NCBI RefSeq assembly: GCF_009914755.1
Contig: NC_060933.1
Length of the DNA: 64,000 nt
Reading direction: 5' to 3' (one strand)
DNA from: the human T2T-CHM13v2.0 reference genome, Homo sapiens
A program made the position numbers and the translations under genes. The notes under the pieces are model-generated. The model was not told where the DNA came from. It was given only the letters and a program-made list of their open reading frames with translations, and searched no databases. This document shows, in pieces, positions 61,959-64,000 of this stretch; the first letter of the stretch is position 1, and each line of letters begins with the position of its first letter.

Positions 61959-61979
61959 TGCTGCCACCAGGTGGCAGCA
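61959..61979. promoter_or_regulatory. Candidate CTCF site, palindromic
   Basis: TGCTGCCACC-A-GGTGGCAGCA contains CCACCAGGTGGCAG (CTCF core CCASYAGRKGGCRS). Confidence 0.65.
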
Positions 61980-62084
61980 CCAGGCCACAGACTCCAGGTC
62001 CTGGAGGTCAAGGCCCAGTGGCCTGTCCACTGACCTTGAGAACCACACATTTCTCTGTCATACACATCAAAAGAGCCAATACTT

Positions 62085-62388
<304 letters not shown>

Positions 62389-62522
62389 TCAACTTACTTT
62401 TTTAAAACTTGAATCACATTCTGTAGACTGAAAAATAACAGAAGTTAGCACTTATACCATCACTTCATTAATTCCCTGTCACAGCCTACCATGAGGGTTC
62501 ATTATCCCTTTTTTACAAATGA

Positions 62523-62915
<393 letters not shown>

Positions 62916-63186
62916 CCCCATGCTTTCTTTGTGACCACTCCCAGCCTGTTTCCCAACCTCCCACCCCACAGGGAGTATGAGGAGTAGCAGTGATGCCTGT
63001 GACAGAGGCAATGCCAGGCACTATGTGGTGTGGGTAAGGGGCAGGTTGTCACAGGAGCTGCCATCCAGCAGGTGTCCTGATACCCAACAGGGAAGCTGAG
63101 GCTGGGGGCCTGACCTTGGTGCCCTGCCCTGACCCACAGCCAGCCCCCCTGGCCTGATCTTCCCTGGCACCCCCTTGTACCCTCAG

Positions 63187-63340
63187 TTCCGGAACCCCAA
63201 GGCATCCTTGCGTGTGCGGCTCTGTGACCTCCTGAGCCACCTGCAGCGGAGCGGTGAGCGGGACTGCCAGGAGTTCTACCGAGCCCTGTATATCCATGCC
63301 CAGCCCCTGCACAGCCGCCTGCCCAGCCGCCACGCTCTGC
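63187..63340 (+). CDS. CARD19: CARD19 exon 3 (C-terminal half of CARD); later exons lie outside the window
   Basis: cctcag|TTC...CTGC|gtaagt; 154 nt; FRNPKASLRVRLCDLLSHLQRSGERDCQEFYRALYIHAQPLHSRLPSRHAL. Confidence 0.95.
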
Positions 63341-63723
63341 GTAAGTTCCACATCACCAACCATGCATGCTTGGTGCTGGCCCGGGGAGGGCACCCCAGCC
63401 TGCCGTTGATGGCATGGATGTCCTCCATGACCACCCAAGTCTGCTGCAGCCCAGGCCTGGCATCCCCTCTCGCCTCAGCCCCTCCCCAGAGGCCACCCTC
63501 TGGCCCCGAGGGGAGAGTGTGGCAGGCACAGGCAGTGCAGATGTTGGTCTCTGTCTCCCACTTTCTCCCCCTTCCTCCGTCTCTCTCTCATGGCAGTTTT
63601 CACACAGCATGGGGCATCTTATACGTCCACTCTTGCCCTTCCTTTTCTAACCTCATTCCACGGGGATCCCTTCATGTCTGTGTGGACAGCAACCTTGTTC
63701 CCACAGCTGCATGGCGCTCCTAG
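63341..63723 (+). CDS. CARD19: Intron-3 read-through frame (BinCARD-1-type 228-aa isoform tail)
   Basis: Frame stays open through the donor to TAG 63721-63723; 7+143+537=687 nt = 228 aa. Confidence 0.55.
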
Positions 63724-64000
63724 GCGGTCCCAGCTGGAATTACCCAACCCCATGACGGACCCTTTCATTGCAGCGATCTGCACACGTGTGGGTGTTTCCA
63801 TAGGACATTGTCAGGCACGGATGGCTGGTCCGAAGCACGTGCATTTCAGTTTTGAGGCTCCTGTCCTCAGGCAGTGTGGACTCAGGCCCTGGGAGTCATG
63901 TGGATGCCAGTAGCCTGGGCCCACAGAGCTGCTGGGATGTGGGGGGCATATCAAGTTGAAGATGGCAACTCTGATCTGACGCCTCTGTGCTCAGGGCCCC

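Overview
Human (or near-identical great-ape) genomic DNA, recognisable as the 9q22.31 SUSD3-CARD19 locus. It holds the complete 5-exon SUSD3 gene (+; CDS 11412..37417 splices cleanly to 768 nt = 255 aa) and CARD19/C9orf89 exons 1-3 (+; ATG 48964; the gene runs past the window end). Each gene starts in a CpG island. The rest is mostly interspersed repeats: ~38 Alus, two fragmented antisense L1 relics, MaLR/ERVL/ERV1 LTRs, MER44/MER2/MER58 DNA transposons and MIRs. There are no prokaryote-type systems and I see no wholly new biological system. Best second-look items: (i) an in-frame alternative first coding exon of SUSD3 built across an apparent inversion junction in a MER44 transposon; (ii) a perfect estrogen response element with FOXA/GATA motifs in SUSD3 intron 1; (iii) an unexplained 107-bp near-perfect hairpin between the genes; (iv) a closer-to-consensus but frame-shifting competing donor 11 nt past CARD19 exon 2; (v) a palindromic CTCF-type site in CARD19 intron 2. 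Repeat subfamily names come from my recall of consensus sequences and need RepeatMasker/Dfam confirmation.
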